From Pirellulales bacterium (lineage in GTDB: Bacteria; Planctomycetota; Planctomycetia; Pirellulales; JAICIG01): 64,000 bases of DNA. The notes under the pieces are model-generated. The model was not told the DNA's origin. It did not search any database and worked only from the letters and a program-made list of their open reading frames with translations. Position numbers and translations under genes: made by a program. Below are positions 51,723-60,639 of this stretch, one piece after another. Location: positions 10,475 through 74,474 of the forward strand of contig JBBDYJ010000041.1 in assembly GCA_040901675.1 (NCBI GenBank). Direction: 5' to 3'. Within the stretch, counting starts at the first letter, position 1. The number at the start of each line of letters is the position of its first letter.

Positions 51723-53767
51723 GGCGGAGCCTCCTTGCGCTCGTTCACGAGCTCTGCTTCCCTCAAGCACGCGCCGGGCTGGATCATGCCGAAGCCCGCG
51801 TCGTTGGCCCACTCAAAGGAGTGCCCGGGCAGAGGCCGCGACGTCCGATGAATGATCCCTTCGATCTGGGCCGCCGTAAGCTGGGGCTGGCAGGCCAGCA
51901 TCAAGCCGGCTACGCCCGCGACGAAAGGGGAAGCCATGCTGGTGCCGCTCATTGCAATCCAGAGATCGTCGGCGCCGGCGAAGCCGTTGGCGGCGACGAT
52001 GTCAGTGCCCGGAGCGGCGACGTCGGGCTTGTTGCGGTTGTCGCGGGTGGGACCTTGGCTGCTGGTGATGTTGATGCGTTCGTCGAGCTCGTGCAGGTTG
52101 GCGACCGAGACGACGCGGCGCCCGCAGGCCAGCGAGCCCACGGAGGAGTCGTCGACGTGCGAGGATTCGCTGAAATACGAAGGGAAGGCCCAAGCTTCCT
52201 GGACAGCCAGGCGGCCCAGGCGACGCGGGTCGTCGCGCTCGATCCAGCCGTCATAGCGGCCGTCGCGCACGTCGAGGCCGTGCAGGCGCACCACCCACGT
52301 CCCCGAGGCAACGCCAATCACCCCGTGTCTGCCGAAGAACGGCGTCAGGTAGATGGAGATGTAATTGCTGCCGTTCGACGGATGGTACAGCTCGTTGTAG
52401 ATGCTCAGGAAACTTTGGTTGCGCAACTGGTGATTCTCGATGTACTGCCCGGGCTCGACCGGCCCGATCAGGTCGGCGCCTTGCCAGGGCGGCCGCACCG
52501 ATACAGCGAAGCGGTCTTGGGCGCTGTACCAGATCTCCAGCTCGTTCTCGGAAACGTCGACGAAGCGATCGCCGATTACCTCCCACTCCAGGTCCTTGTG
52601 CAGGTGCCGGCCGGCGACCTCGCCGCTGGTGTGGATGCGGCCCATCACGAATCCAAGATCGCCGGGAAACGCGGCCACTTCCTGGCCGGCATTGCCGGCG
52701 GCCACGCAGACGCTGCGGCCAGGAACCGACAGGCAGGAGTCGATCCAACGGCTGATTGCCGCCGTGCCATCGTGCGCGTGGCCGTTGGTTCCCAGGCTGA
52801 TGTTGATCGAGATGGGCATATCCAGCTCATCGGCCAGGGCCAGCAGGTAGTCGACGGCGTGGGCGATGCGGGTGGAATCGGTGAACGTCTTGCGCCGGTT
52901 GGCATCTCCTTGGGGCAGCGAAATGAGCACCGCGGCAATCGTGGCTTTCCGGCACACGCCATGATTTCCGGCGGCGATGCTCGCCACGTGTGTTCCGTGG
53001 GAGCCGGGGGACATCTGGGACTGCTTTTCGATCTCATGCGGCGGCAAGCGCAGCTTGGCCGACGCAACGATCGCCTTGTTCAGATGCTCTTGCCGAAACT
53101 CCGCGCCGAAATCGAATTGCGGCCCGAAGCGCTTGCTATCCTGCTGATGCGGCGAGGGACGGGCATTGCCTCCCTGGTCCCAGATGCGAACGAAGCGCGT
53201 CTTCTTGCCGTCGAGAAAATCAGGATGGGAAAAATCAAAACCCTGCACGTCGATAATGCCGATGAGCACACCCCGGCCTTCTCGATGCTGCTGCGACGAG
53301 CCGAACTTCCAGCGCGTAGTATCCGGTTCCTTGCCTCCGCCGGAAATCTGGGGCGTCGGTGTGGCAATCGGATCGCCGAGTTCAACGCTCAGAACGCGCG
53401 GGTCCTTGGCGATGCGCGGCAGCTCATCGAGGGCGATCGTGGCAGCCACTACGTTTCCCCGCCTGGCCTGGCCCTCGAGTGCATCGGGCAGTCCGCCGGA
53501 GCGGTCCTGCGTTTCGACGAACACGTTAACGCGCACGCCTTCGGCCATCTTCAACAGCTTCGGAGGTGGCGGCGGCGCGACCAAACTCTGCGTAAGGGTA
53601 ACCGGCTCCATGCCACGCAGAACGGGCAGCCGGTCTGCCACGCTCGGCTCGACGGTGATCGAGGCGGACAATTCGGCCCGGACGGCGTTCACCTCCGCCG
53701 AGCAGTCGGCAATCATGCGGAGCTTTGGCTGGACTTTGCGTTTTTCGTCGCCAAGAGGATTGGGCAT
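51719..53767 (-). CDS. S8 subtilase, cytoplasmic, with inserted domain
   Basis: Triad 'IGIID', 'HGTHVASIAAG', 'SGTSMASP'; oxyanion 'AAGN'; no signal peptide. Confidence 0.92.
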   Translation of the reverse strand: MPNPLGDEKRKVQPKLRMIADCSAEVNAVRAELSASITVEPSVADRLPVLRGMEPVTLTQSLVAPPPPPKLLKMAEGVRVNVFVETQDRSGGLPDALEGQARRGNVVAATIALDELPRIAKDPRVLSVELGDPIATPTPQISGGGKEPDTTRWKFGSSQQHREGRGVLIGIIDVQGFDFSHPDFLDGKKTRFVRIWDQGGNARPSPHQQDSKRFGPQFDFGAEFRQEHLNKAIVASAKLRLPPHEIEKQSQMSPGSHGTHVASIAAGNHGVCRKATIAAVLISLPQGDANRRKTFTDSTRIAHAVDYLLALADELDMPISINISLGTNGHAHDGTAAISRWIDSCLSVPGRSVCVAAGNAGQEVAAFPGDLGFVMGRIHTSGEVAGRHLHKDLEWEVIGDRFVDVSENELEIWYSAQDRFAVSVRPPWQGADLIGPVEPGQYIENHQLRNQSFLSIYNELYHPSNGSNYISIYLTPFFGRHGVIGVASGTWVVRLHGLDVRDGRYDGWIERDDPRRLGRLAVQEAWAFPSYFSESSHVDDSSVGSLACGRRVVSVANLHELDERINITSSQGPTRDNRNKPDVAAPGTDIVAANGFAGADDLWIAMSGTSMASPFVAGVAGLMLACQPQLTAAQIEGIIHRTSRPLPGHSFEWANDAGFGMIQPGACLREAELVNERKEAPP

Positions 53768-53898
53768 GCAACGTACTCCCAGCGCCGTCGAGATGCCGGT
53801 CCGAAAGAAGGACTTGCACCCAAAGTAGGGCCGCCGGTTCGGAGTGTCAAACGGCAGGCGGAGACGCCCCAAGCCGGTTCACTCGCTGCACGCGAAGT

Positions 53899-54168
53899 TC
53901 AAGCCTGGCGGTCTTTGCGCTTGAGCTTCGACTCGTTGTCCTGGATGAACGCTCGGATCTGGTCGCCGAAGTCCAACAACCGCTGCCACTGCTCCAGGTA
54001 CAAAGTCACCGGCATCCGCTGCAGGCCGTAGACGCTCACGGCCCCCTTCTCGCTGACCTTGCAGTACAACGTGCCCCGCTTCGGCTCGATCTCGGCCAGC
54101 ATCCGCGAGGCGTCGTCCACCGCAATCTCGCCCGAAGCCAGCTTTTTCAGGATCTCGTCTTTGTTCAT
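53899..54168 (-). CDS. Small hypothetical protein (possible PC4-like fold)
   Basis: SD 'GAGGGAG'; 'CKVSEKGAVSVYGLQRMPVTLYLEQWQRLL' beta-beta-beta-alpha pattern. Confidence 0.75.
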   Translation of the reverse strand: MNKDEILKKLASGEIAVDDASRMLAEIEPKRGTLYCKVSEKGAVSVYGLQRMPVTLYLEQWQRLLDFGDQIRAFIQDNESKLKRKDRQA

Positions 54169-54622
54169 GGAGTGCTCCCTCTGTTGATCAATCCGTCCAG
54201 TGTAGCGGCGGCGGCGGTTTGCAGCCAGCGGCCGCGCTACAGAGTACGGATCACCAACTGGCCGTGCTCCTCCAGGTCGATCGAGCCCAACGACTGCTTG
54301 CTGATGAGCGGCTGGGGGCGGACCGCCTTTCGGTCCAACTGCTGGCTGATCCAACGCTGCTCCGGGACGATGTGAGGCCGCGCGATCTTGGGCGTGCCAC
54401 CGAATTACTCGAGGCAACCACGAAGTCAGAGAATACCGAAACGCCCTCGTGCACGAGCGAGAAGAGGAGACGCCCAGCGTTCCAATCGCGACCGCGCGGA
54501 GCCACTTATGCAGGTTTTTAGCACGTCTACGCTAGGGCTCCAATGAATTACCTGGCTTGGCACTCGGGGCGTCTCACGGGGCCGGTTGTCGTGGCTGGCG
54601 GGGGGGCCTATGATGCAGGGAC

Positions 54623-55075
54623 ATGCATGCGGGAACGCTGGTCTTTTGCGAAGCGAGCGGAAATTGGGCAAGCGCCTGGCGGCGGGAGTGCCAAGTGCGG
54701 GCCGAACGGGTCGGATGCGATTTGCAGCAGGTGCGCGTCGTCGAGACGCGCAGCGTGACTGAGTGCCGCGAGGCGATCGAGTCGGGGGCCGGCGGCTTCC
54801 TGGCGATCGAGCTGACCGCGCCCAAGTGCGAAGCCGTGCTCGACCTGCTGCTGCACGTCGGACAACAGGGCAAATGGCCGGCGGCCGTGCTGGCCGACCG
54901 CGACATGAAAGCCTACGAGTGGCTGGTGCGCGAGCTGGGGGCCGTGCATTTTGTGACTTCCCACCGTGGCCTGGCGGCACTGTCCCCCTGCGTGCGGCGA
55001 TTCTTCGAACCGTCGCCCGGCCCGGCGATGGGGACCGCCGAGCGGATCTGGTCCATGCTGCCCTGGGAAAACTGA
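54623..55075 (+). CDS. Hypothetical protein (degenerate receiver-like fold)
   Basis: Alternating beta/alpha pattern, 'RELGAVHFV'; closely spaced with mrp. Confidence 0.6.
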   Translation: MHAGTLVFCEASGNWASAWRRECQVRAERVGCDLQQVRVVETRSVTECREAIESGAGGFLAIELTAPKCEAVLDLLLHVGQQGKWPAAVLADRDMKAYEWLVRELGAVHFVTSHRGLAALSPCVRRFFEPSPGPAMGTAERIWSMLPWEN

Positions 55076-55085
55076 AAGGAACGAA

Positions 55086-56162
55086 ATGCCTGCTGAACCG
55101 ACCCAGACCGAAGTGCTCGCGGCGCTTTCGGAAATGAAGGACCCGGAAACGGGCCGCAGCCTGACACAGCAGGAGCAGGTCCGCGACGTCCGTGTGGCCG
55201 GGCGGTCGCTGTCGTTGACGCTTGCCCTGACGACGCACAGCGCCCCTTTGTGGAAACAGGTGCAGGCCCAGTGCGCCGAGCTGCTCAAGAGCCGGTTTCC
55301 CGCCTTCGAACAGGTGGAAGTGAGCCTGGGTATACACCACAGGCCGCCGCTGAAGCTGGGCGAGATCGGCCTGGCGGCCAAGAGCGTGATGGCCGTCGCA
55401 TCGGGCAAGGGAGGCGTCGGCAAGAGCACCATTGCCGCCAGCATGGCCTACGGGCTCAAGCGGGCCGGCTGCCAGGTGGGCCTGATGGATGCCGACGTCT
55501 ACGGCCCCAGCATTCCACACCTGATCGGCATCAACCAGCGCCCCGAGATCGTCGACAAGCGGATCCAGCCGATCGAGCTCGACGGCCTCAAGGTGATGTC
55601 GATGGGCTTCCTGGTGCCGCCCGGCGAGGCAGTGGTCTGGCGAGGGCCGATGCTGCACGGCGCGATCACGCAATTCCTCCGCGACACGGCCTGGGGCGAG
55701 CTCGACTACCTGATCATCGACATGCCCCCGGGAACCGGCGACATCGCGCTGACGCTGTCGCAGTTGTTGCCGCTCACCGGAGCGGTGGTGGTCTGCACGC
55801 CGCAGGATGTGGCCTTGCTGGATGCCGTCAAGGCGATCGCCATGTTCCGCAAGGTGAACATCCCGGTGTTGGGGATGGTGGAGAACATGAGCTACTTCCT
55901 CTGCCCGGACAGCGGTAAGCGGTACGACATCTTCGGCAGCGGTGGGGCCAAGCGGCGGGCGGCGGAGCTCGACATCCCCTTCCTGGGTGAGGTGCCCATC
56001 AACATCCAGATCCGCGTCAACGGCGACGAGGGGCGGATCGCCGGCAATTTCTCCTCGGAGGCCGGCGGCGAGTACTTCGAATCGATTTGCTACACCCTGG
56101 TGAAGAACCTGGCCGAGAGCCGCCGCCAGTCGCCCCCCCTCCCCTCGCTGCCCGTCCTGTGA
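55086..56162 (+). CDS. mrp: Mrp/ApbC Fe-S cluster carrier ATPase
   Basis: 'ASGKGGVGKST', 'DADVYGPSIP', 'WRGPML', 'DMPPGTGD', 'ENMS'. Confidence 0.96.
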   Translation: MPAEPTQTEVLAALSEMKDPETGRSLTQQEQVRDVRVAGRSLSLTLALTTHSAPLWKQVQAQCAELLKSRFPAFEQVEVSLGIHHRPPLKLGEIGLAAKSVMAVASGKGGVGKSTIAASMAYGLKRAGCQVGLMDADVYGPSIPHLIGINQRPEIVDKRIQPIELDGLKVMSMGFLVPPGEAVVWRGPMLHGAITQFLRDTAWGELDYLIIDMPPGTGDIALTLSQLLPLTGAVVVCTPQDVALLDAVKAIAMFRKVNIPVLGMVENMSYFLCPDSGKRYDIFGSGGAKRRAAELDIPFLGEVPINIQIRVNGDEGRIAGNFSSEAGGEYFESICYTLVKNLAESRRQSPPLPSLPVL

Positions 56163-56247
56163 GGAGCCAAAAAGGGAGGACAACGACCGCGTGCGCGTTC
56201 TGATTCCTCCTTCCTCCTTCCTCCTTCCTCCTTCCGACTCCCTTCCC

Positions 56248-57054
56248 TCAATACAGCGAAATCGCGGTGCCGTCCGGCAGCAGGCCGCTGGGCTGCGCGC
56301 TGCGCTGGGGAATGCCAAACCACCAGCGGAGCTCCGGTGCCAGCAGCCGGAGGTAGAACCAACGCGAGAACGACGCGGTGGCCGGGGCCGGAAGCGCCTG
56401 CTGGGCCCAGGATCCCAGCAGCTCGCACCAGGCGGCGGGCGAGTGGCCCAGCTTGATGTGGATCGGGTCGAGCCCGTACCACTCCGCGCGATGCTCGACC
56501 AGGCAGCAGCCATGCTCCCGCGCCAGCCGGCAGAGCCGCTCGTCGAGCGCCAACGCCCGCCGAGCGACCTCGTCGAATGCCAACCGGCACATGGGGAAGA
56601 ACAGCGCCCGCATCAGCCGGAATTGCCAGGGGGCCACCGTTTCCAGGTTCGCCACCGGCATGCGGGTCATCACGATCCGGGCTTCGATCCGCGCGAGTCG
56701 TTCGAGACACGTCTCGACCCAGCCGGCGATCCGCTCGACGGGAACCTCGTAGAACAGGTCGTTCCCCACGTCGGTCAATAGGGCCGCGATCGGCCCGCGG
56801 GGGCGGTCGGCCAGTGCCCGCCACAGGCCGCATTCGACGATGCCCGGCAGCCTGCGGCCCACGACGGTGCTGCGTTGGCCGTACGAGCGGCCATGGCCCA
56901 TGGCCGCCAGCACGTCGAGCGGGCGGCCCCAGGTGAGCGAGGCGGTCTCGACGACCGTGGAAATGCCGCGCGTCAGGTTGCTCGCGCCCAACAGCACGAG
57001 GCGGCGGTCAGGCGGTGTAACGTCGGGTGGGCCGAGCGGACCGGCGCTTACCAT
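56248..57054 (-). CDS. SGNH/GDSL-like hypothetical protein
   Basis: 'LLGASNLT', 'DVGND', 'DPIH'. Confidence 0.75.
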   Translation of the reverse strand: MVSAGPLGPPDVTPPDRRLVLLGASNLTRGISTVVETASLTWGRPLDVLAAMGHGRSYGQRSTVVGRRLPGIVECGLWRALADRPRGPIAALLTDVGNDLFYEVPVERIAGWVETCLERLARIEARIVMTRMPVANLETVAPWQFRLMRALFFPMCRLAFDEVARRALALDERLCRLAREHGCCLVEHRAEWYGLDPIHIKLGHSPAAWCELLGSWAQQALPAPATASFSRWFYLRLLAPELRWWFGIPQRSAQPSGLLPDGTAISLY

Positions 57055-57845
57055 CCGCGGTCACCATAGTCGCCGTAGCCGCCGCCTGAGACCTGTTGGA
57101 GCAGCCGGTAATTGATGTACGCCAGGACGCCGAACATCACCGCGATGTAGATCTCGTTGTACTTCAGCAGTCCCACGGCGGCCACGAATATCGCCGCGGC
57201 GATCGACAAGACGAGCGACTGGCGCAGGCCGTCGTGGGGCCGGTACTTCTCGAAAAGCGTCTGGGACACCCGCCCGCCGTCCAACGGAAAAACCGGCAGC
57301 AGGTTGACTAGACCCCAGGTGATGTTCACGTGAAACAGCATGATGAGGCACAGGTCGAGCTTTGGGGGGATGACCGGCCCGGAGGAACCGATTTCGAAAC
57401 CGAGCCATGAACCGAACATGGAGACGTACTTGAAGTGATACCCGCTGAGATAGACGGCGGCGGCGATCAGGGCGGCAAACAGAAACCCGGCGGCCGGACC
57501 GGCCAGCGAGATGATGATCTGGGGCGCTGAGTCGCTATCGTCCTGAGTCCGGTACGGCTCGAAACCCCCGAAGCGCTCGTCGGGCACAGCCAGCCCGCCG
57601 AAGTGGTAGAGCACGATGTGGCAGTCGCGGCCGAAGTAGCGGAAGGCCAGGGCATGGCCGAGTTCGTGGATCAGAATCGAAACAAAGACAACGCAGATCC
57701 AGAGGAGAACCTCCCAAGGCTCCGTTTCTCGCCGCGCCGAGAGCAGGATCGCGACCAGCCAGAAAAAGGGATGGACCCTGACCGGGAACCCGACGACCTG
57801 GAAGTTGAGGTCGTATGCGGTGCGTGGAGGTTCAGCCGAGATCAC
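57048..57845 (-). CDS. Site-2 protease (M50) family protein
   Basis: 'IHELGH', 'ISLAGP', 'NLLPVFPLDGG'. Confidence 0.92.
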   Translation of the reverse strand: MISAEPPRTAYDLNFQVVGFPVRVHPFFWLVAILLSARRETEPWEVLLWICVVFVSILIHELGHALAFRYFGRDCHIVLYHFGGLAVPDERFGGFEPYRTQDDSDSAPQIIISLAGPAAGFLFAALIAAAVYLSGYHFKYVSMFGSWLGFEIGSSGPVIPPKLDLCLIMLFHVNITWGLVNLLPVFPLDGGRVSQTLFEKYRPHDGLRQSLVLSIAAAIFVAAVGLLKYNEIYIAVMFGVLAYINYRLLQQVSGGGYGDYGDRGW

Positions 57846-57960
57846 CGTTTTTATCCATCGATGTTCGACAGCGCGAGCGAAGTGTCTCCAACATAGCGGC
57901 CCGGCGCGGGAGCTGGAAGCGGGGGCGCGGAACCAAGGACAGTCCGCCCCGGGCGAAACC

Positions 57961-58045
57961 TCTGCCCTCTGCCCCCTGCCTTCTGCCCTCTGCCCTCTGC
58001 TCCCTGCCTTCTGCCTTCTGCCTTCTGACCTCTGCCCTCTGCCCT
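57961..58045 (+). repeat. (YTCTGCC)n heptamer tract
   Basis: About 12 imperfect tandem units of TCTGCCC/TCTGCCT. Confidence 0.85.
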
Positions 58046-58051
58046 CCCACC

Positions 58052-59416
58052 TCACGACGAGCTGGAAAAGCCGCCGCTGCTGGCCAGGGCCATGCCGGGC
58101 AAAAAGTGGGGACGCGGAACCGCTCGCGGCCCCTCGTCGAGTGCCTGCACAATGTAGTCGGCTGCCCGGCGCGAGGCGCCCCCGTGGCCCACGCGGACTT
58201 TCAGCCGCACCAGCTCGATGACGCGCTGGTGCCGGCGGCGGTCGTCGGTCAGCCACTCGATCACGTGGCCGGCCAGTTGCGCCGAGCGGTCCTCGCAAGT
58301 CAGGTACTCGGGGAAAAGCACCCGATCGGCGCCAGGCTCGTTGGGATCGTAGGGCGTGACGTCGGCCGGGAACAGCTCGTCGGCCGACAGCAGGTTGACC
58401 AGCGTGATGTACTTGACCTTCCGAAAGAACCCCTGCACGAAATAGGCGAACCGGCTGATCCAGTACAGCACCACCGTGGGCTTGGCGTGGTACAACAGCT
58501 CCAACGACACCGAGCCCGACACGGCCATGCAGCAGTCGGCCAGCTCGATCAGCTCGGGCGTGCGGCGGACATAGACTTCCAACGCAACGCCCGTGGAGGC
58601 GGCCATGCGGCGGACCAGCTCGGCGTGGTGGGGCTTGAATGCGGCTGCGGCAAATCGCACGTCGGGCACCGCCTGCCGAATGATCCTGGCCGCCGCCAGG
58701 AACCAGCGGAGGTTGTGTTCGACCTCCTGCGTCCGCGAGCCGGGCAGCATCGTCACCAGCGGCCCGTCTTTGCGGATCTGCCGGTCGAGAAATGCCTGGT
58801 CGAGCCGCTGCTCGCGGACTTCGTCGAAGAAGGGGTGGCCGACGAACGTCGCGTTGCAGCCATGCTGGCGGAACCAGTCCTGCTCGAACGGCAGACTGCA
58901 CAGCACGTGGTCCACGAACCGCCGCATCTTGTTGACCCGCCAGCTTGCCCAGGCCCAGATCTGCGGCACGGCGTAATAGAAAACGGGAATGTTGTGCGCC
59001 TTGGCCCGCCGGGCAATCCACCAGTTGAAGCCCGGGTAGTCGACCAGCACCACCGCATCGGGCCGGTGGTGGCGGAAATATCGATCGGCCTGGCTCGCCA
59101 GTGCCAGGAACTTGTGCAGATTCAAGAGCGCCCGCAGGAGCCACATCACCGCCAGGGCGGTCAGGTCGGCGTGCAACCGGCAACCTTCGGCAGCCATCCG
59201 CGGGCCGCCGTATCCGACGCACTCGACGTCGGGCCGCCGCTCGCGCAGGGCACGGATCAGGTTGGCCGCGTGCAGGTCGCCGCTGGGCTCCCCCACCGAA
59301 AAGAAAATCTTGAGGCGGCGGTCCGGGCCGGCATGGTGCGGCGGCCGGGCGGAACCGCCCGCGCCGCGGGTGGCATCCGTTCCAGCCGGCGGGCCGTGAT
59401 GGAAAGTGCGGCTCAT
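58052..59416 (-). CDS. lpxB: Lipid-A-disaccharide synthase (true start may be further downstream)
   Basis: 'SVGEPSGDLH', 'VDYPGFN', 'PQIWAW', 'LPFE', 'VGHP', 'LPGSR', 'SGSVSLE'. Confidence 0.95.
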   Translation of the reverse strand: MSRTFHHGPPAGTDATRGAGGSARPPHHAGPDRRLKIFFSVGEPSGDLHAANLIRALRERRPDVECVGYGGPRMAAEGCRLHADLTALAVMWLLRALLNLHKFLALASQADRYFRHHRPDAVVLVDYPGFNWWIARRAKAHNIPVFYYAVPQIWAWASWRVNKMRRFVDHVLCSLPFEQDWFRQHGCNATFVGHPFFDEVREQRLDQAFLDRQIRKDGPLVTMLPGSRTQEVEHNLRWFLAAARIIRQAVPDVRFAAAAFKPHHAELVRRMAASTGVALEVYVRRTPELIELADCCMAVSGSVSLELLYHAKPTVVLYWISRFAYFVQGFFRKVKYITLVNLLSADELFPADVTPYDPNEPGADRVLFPEYLTCEDRSAQLAGHVIEWLTDDRRRHQRVIELVRLKVRVGHGGASRRAADYIVQALDEGPRAVPRPHFLPGMALASSGGFSSSS

Positions 59417-60216
59417 GCAGTGCTGTTGCGCTGGTCGCTGCGGGGAATCTCAGGCGCTTGGGCTTCGCGGCGATCGAGCGGCTGAGCCGGGTCGATGCGG
59501 GTCGTCTTCCGCCCGCCGTCCGCGGCAGGCCCGATGAGCTGCGTCACCCGGCAAACCGGCCGACGCCCCAGCGGCAGCCAGTGCGACACCAGGCCCGCAG
59601 GGCCCGTCCAGTGGGGCCACACGGGACGGCCCTTGGTCGGCTGGTAGTGGACGTGCAGCTCGCCGACGCGGTACCCTCGGCGGGCCACCAAGGCGGCCAG
59701 CGCGAAGTGCCGTCGCCCGAAGAGCGTGAGGCCTCGGACGGCCTCGAGCCGGGCCGCCCACAGCAGGCAACCGGGATCGTGGATGTCGGGCCCGCGGAAC
59801 AAGCGCCGCGGATGATAGAGCAGCCGGCGGCAAAAACGCATCGGACCGGACGCGCGGCGGTAGCCGAACACAGCATCGGCCCGGTTGAGCCGCGCCACCA
59901 GCCGCGGAATCTCCTGGACCGGATAGCGGCCGCTGGCCTCGAGGGCCACCACCACTTCGCCCCGGGCGGCGGCGATGCCGGCACCCAGGGCGGCCGCCGG
60001 GCCGCCCGCCGGGTCCAGGCACAGCACGCGCAGAGCGGGATAGCCGGCCAGAAGGCCGCGGAGCGCCTGCCGCGCCTCGCGCGGCGAGCCGTCGTCGAGG
60101 CAGATCACTTCGTACGGTTTTCCCAGGGTCGACATCACCGTACACAACTCGGCCAGCAAGCGGCCGACTTGCGTCGCGGCGTTGCGCTGGGCGAGCAAGA
60201 CCGTGTAGCAGATCAC
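59413..60216 (-). CDS. GT2 (ArnC-like) glycosyltransferase with degenerate DxD
   Basis: 'YEVICLDDGS', 'ALGAGIAAARGE', 'EASG' in place of DAD, 'HDPGC'. Confidence 0.7.
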   Translation of the reverse strand: MICYTVLLAQRNAATQVGRLLAELCTVMSTLGKPYEVICLDDGSPREARQALRGLLAGYPALRVLCLDPAGGPAAALGAGIAAARGEVVVALEASGRYPVQEIPRLVARLNRADAVFGYRRASGPMRFCRRLLYHPRRLFRGPDIHDPGCLLWAARLEAVRGLTLFGRRHFALAALVARRGYRVGELHVHYQPTKGRPVWPHWTGPAGLVSHWLPLGRRPVCRVTQLIGPAADGGRKTTRIDPAQPLDRREAQAPEIPRSDQRNSTA

Positions 60217-60421
60217 CGGAACCTCACGCGTGCCGGAAGGGGTCGCCCAGTGCCGGACAAGGGCCGGCCGGGGGGGCGAAGTATTGCACAAACCCGGCAG
60301 CGGAGAAAGTGCAGTTGGCGCGGCGGCAGATGCCGGCCCGCTGCCAGCGGACTTGAAACTTTCCTGAAAAGGCCTATCTTTCCAGTTTGCCTCGCTTCCC
60401 CGCACCCACCGAGAGTTTGCC

Positions 60422-60544
60422 ATGACGATCCGGCCACGAACAGCAAGAACCATGGCTCTGAAGCGGCGGCGCTGCCCGAAGTGCGGCGGCAAGCTGAACC
60501 CGCAGCGCAAGCGATGCCCGCGGTGCGCGAAAAAGCTCACCTAG
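60422..60544 (+). CDS. 40-aa basic zinc-ribbon protein
   Basis: MTIRPRTARTMALKRRRCPKCGGKLNPQRKRCPRCAKKLT; C-x2-C-x10-C-x2-C; GAGAG SD and TTGAAA..TATCTT promoter-like sequence. Confidence 0.65.
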   Translation: MTIRPRTARTMALKRRRCPKCGGKLNPQRKRCPRCAKKLT

Positions 60545-60575
60545 CGGCCGTTTGTATAGCACCCCTTGAGTTCAC

Positions 60576-60622
60576 GTAGCACTGCTTGCCGGATGCCGCA
60601 CCGCGGCATCCGGCAAGCAGTG
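60576..60622. repeat. Long GTAG-type palindrome (REP or terminator)
   Basis: GTAG-CACTGCTTGCCGGATGCCGC-ACC-GCGGCATCCGGCAAGCAGTG, 20-bp perfect stem. Confidence 0.75.
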
Positions 60623-60639
60623 GCACTAGGCACCGGGCC

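Larger units (their letters stand above)
41097..54579. mobile_element. Putative accessory/defence island without a mobility gene
   Basis: Mixed-strand accessory genes with less extreme GC3 codon use, between backbone genes (nuoN-regulator ... hypothetical-mrp); 10-bp inverted repeat at the edges. Confidence 0.5.

Noticed and set aside
54236..54380. Minus-strand ORF remnant (PHIVPEQRWISQQLD...GSIDLEEHGQLVIRTL)
   Set aside because: Looks coding but has no start or recognisable family; cannot be supported
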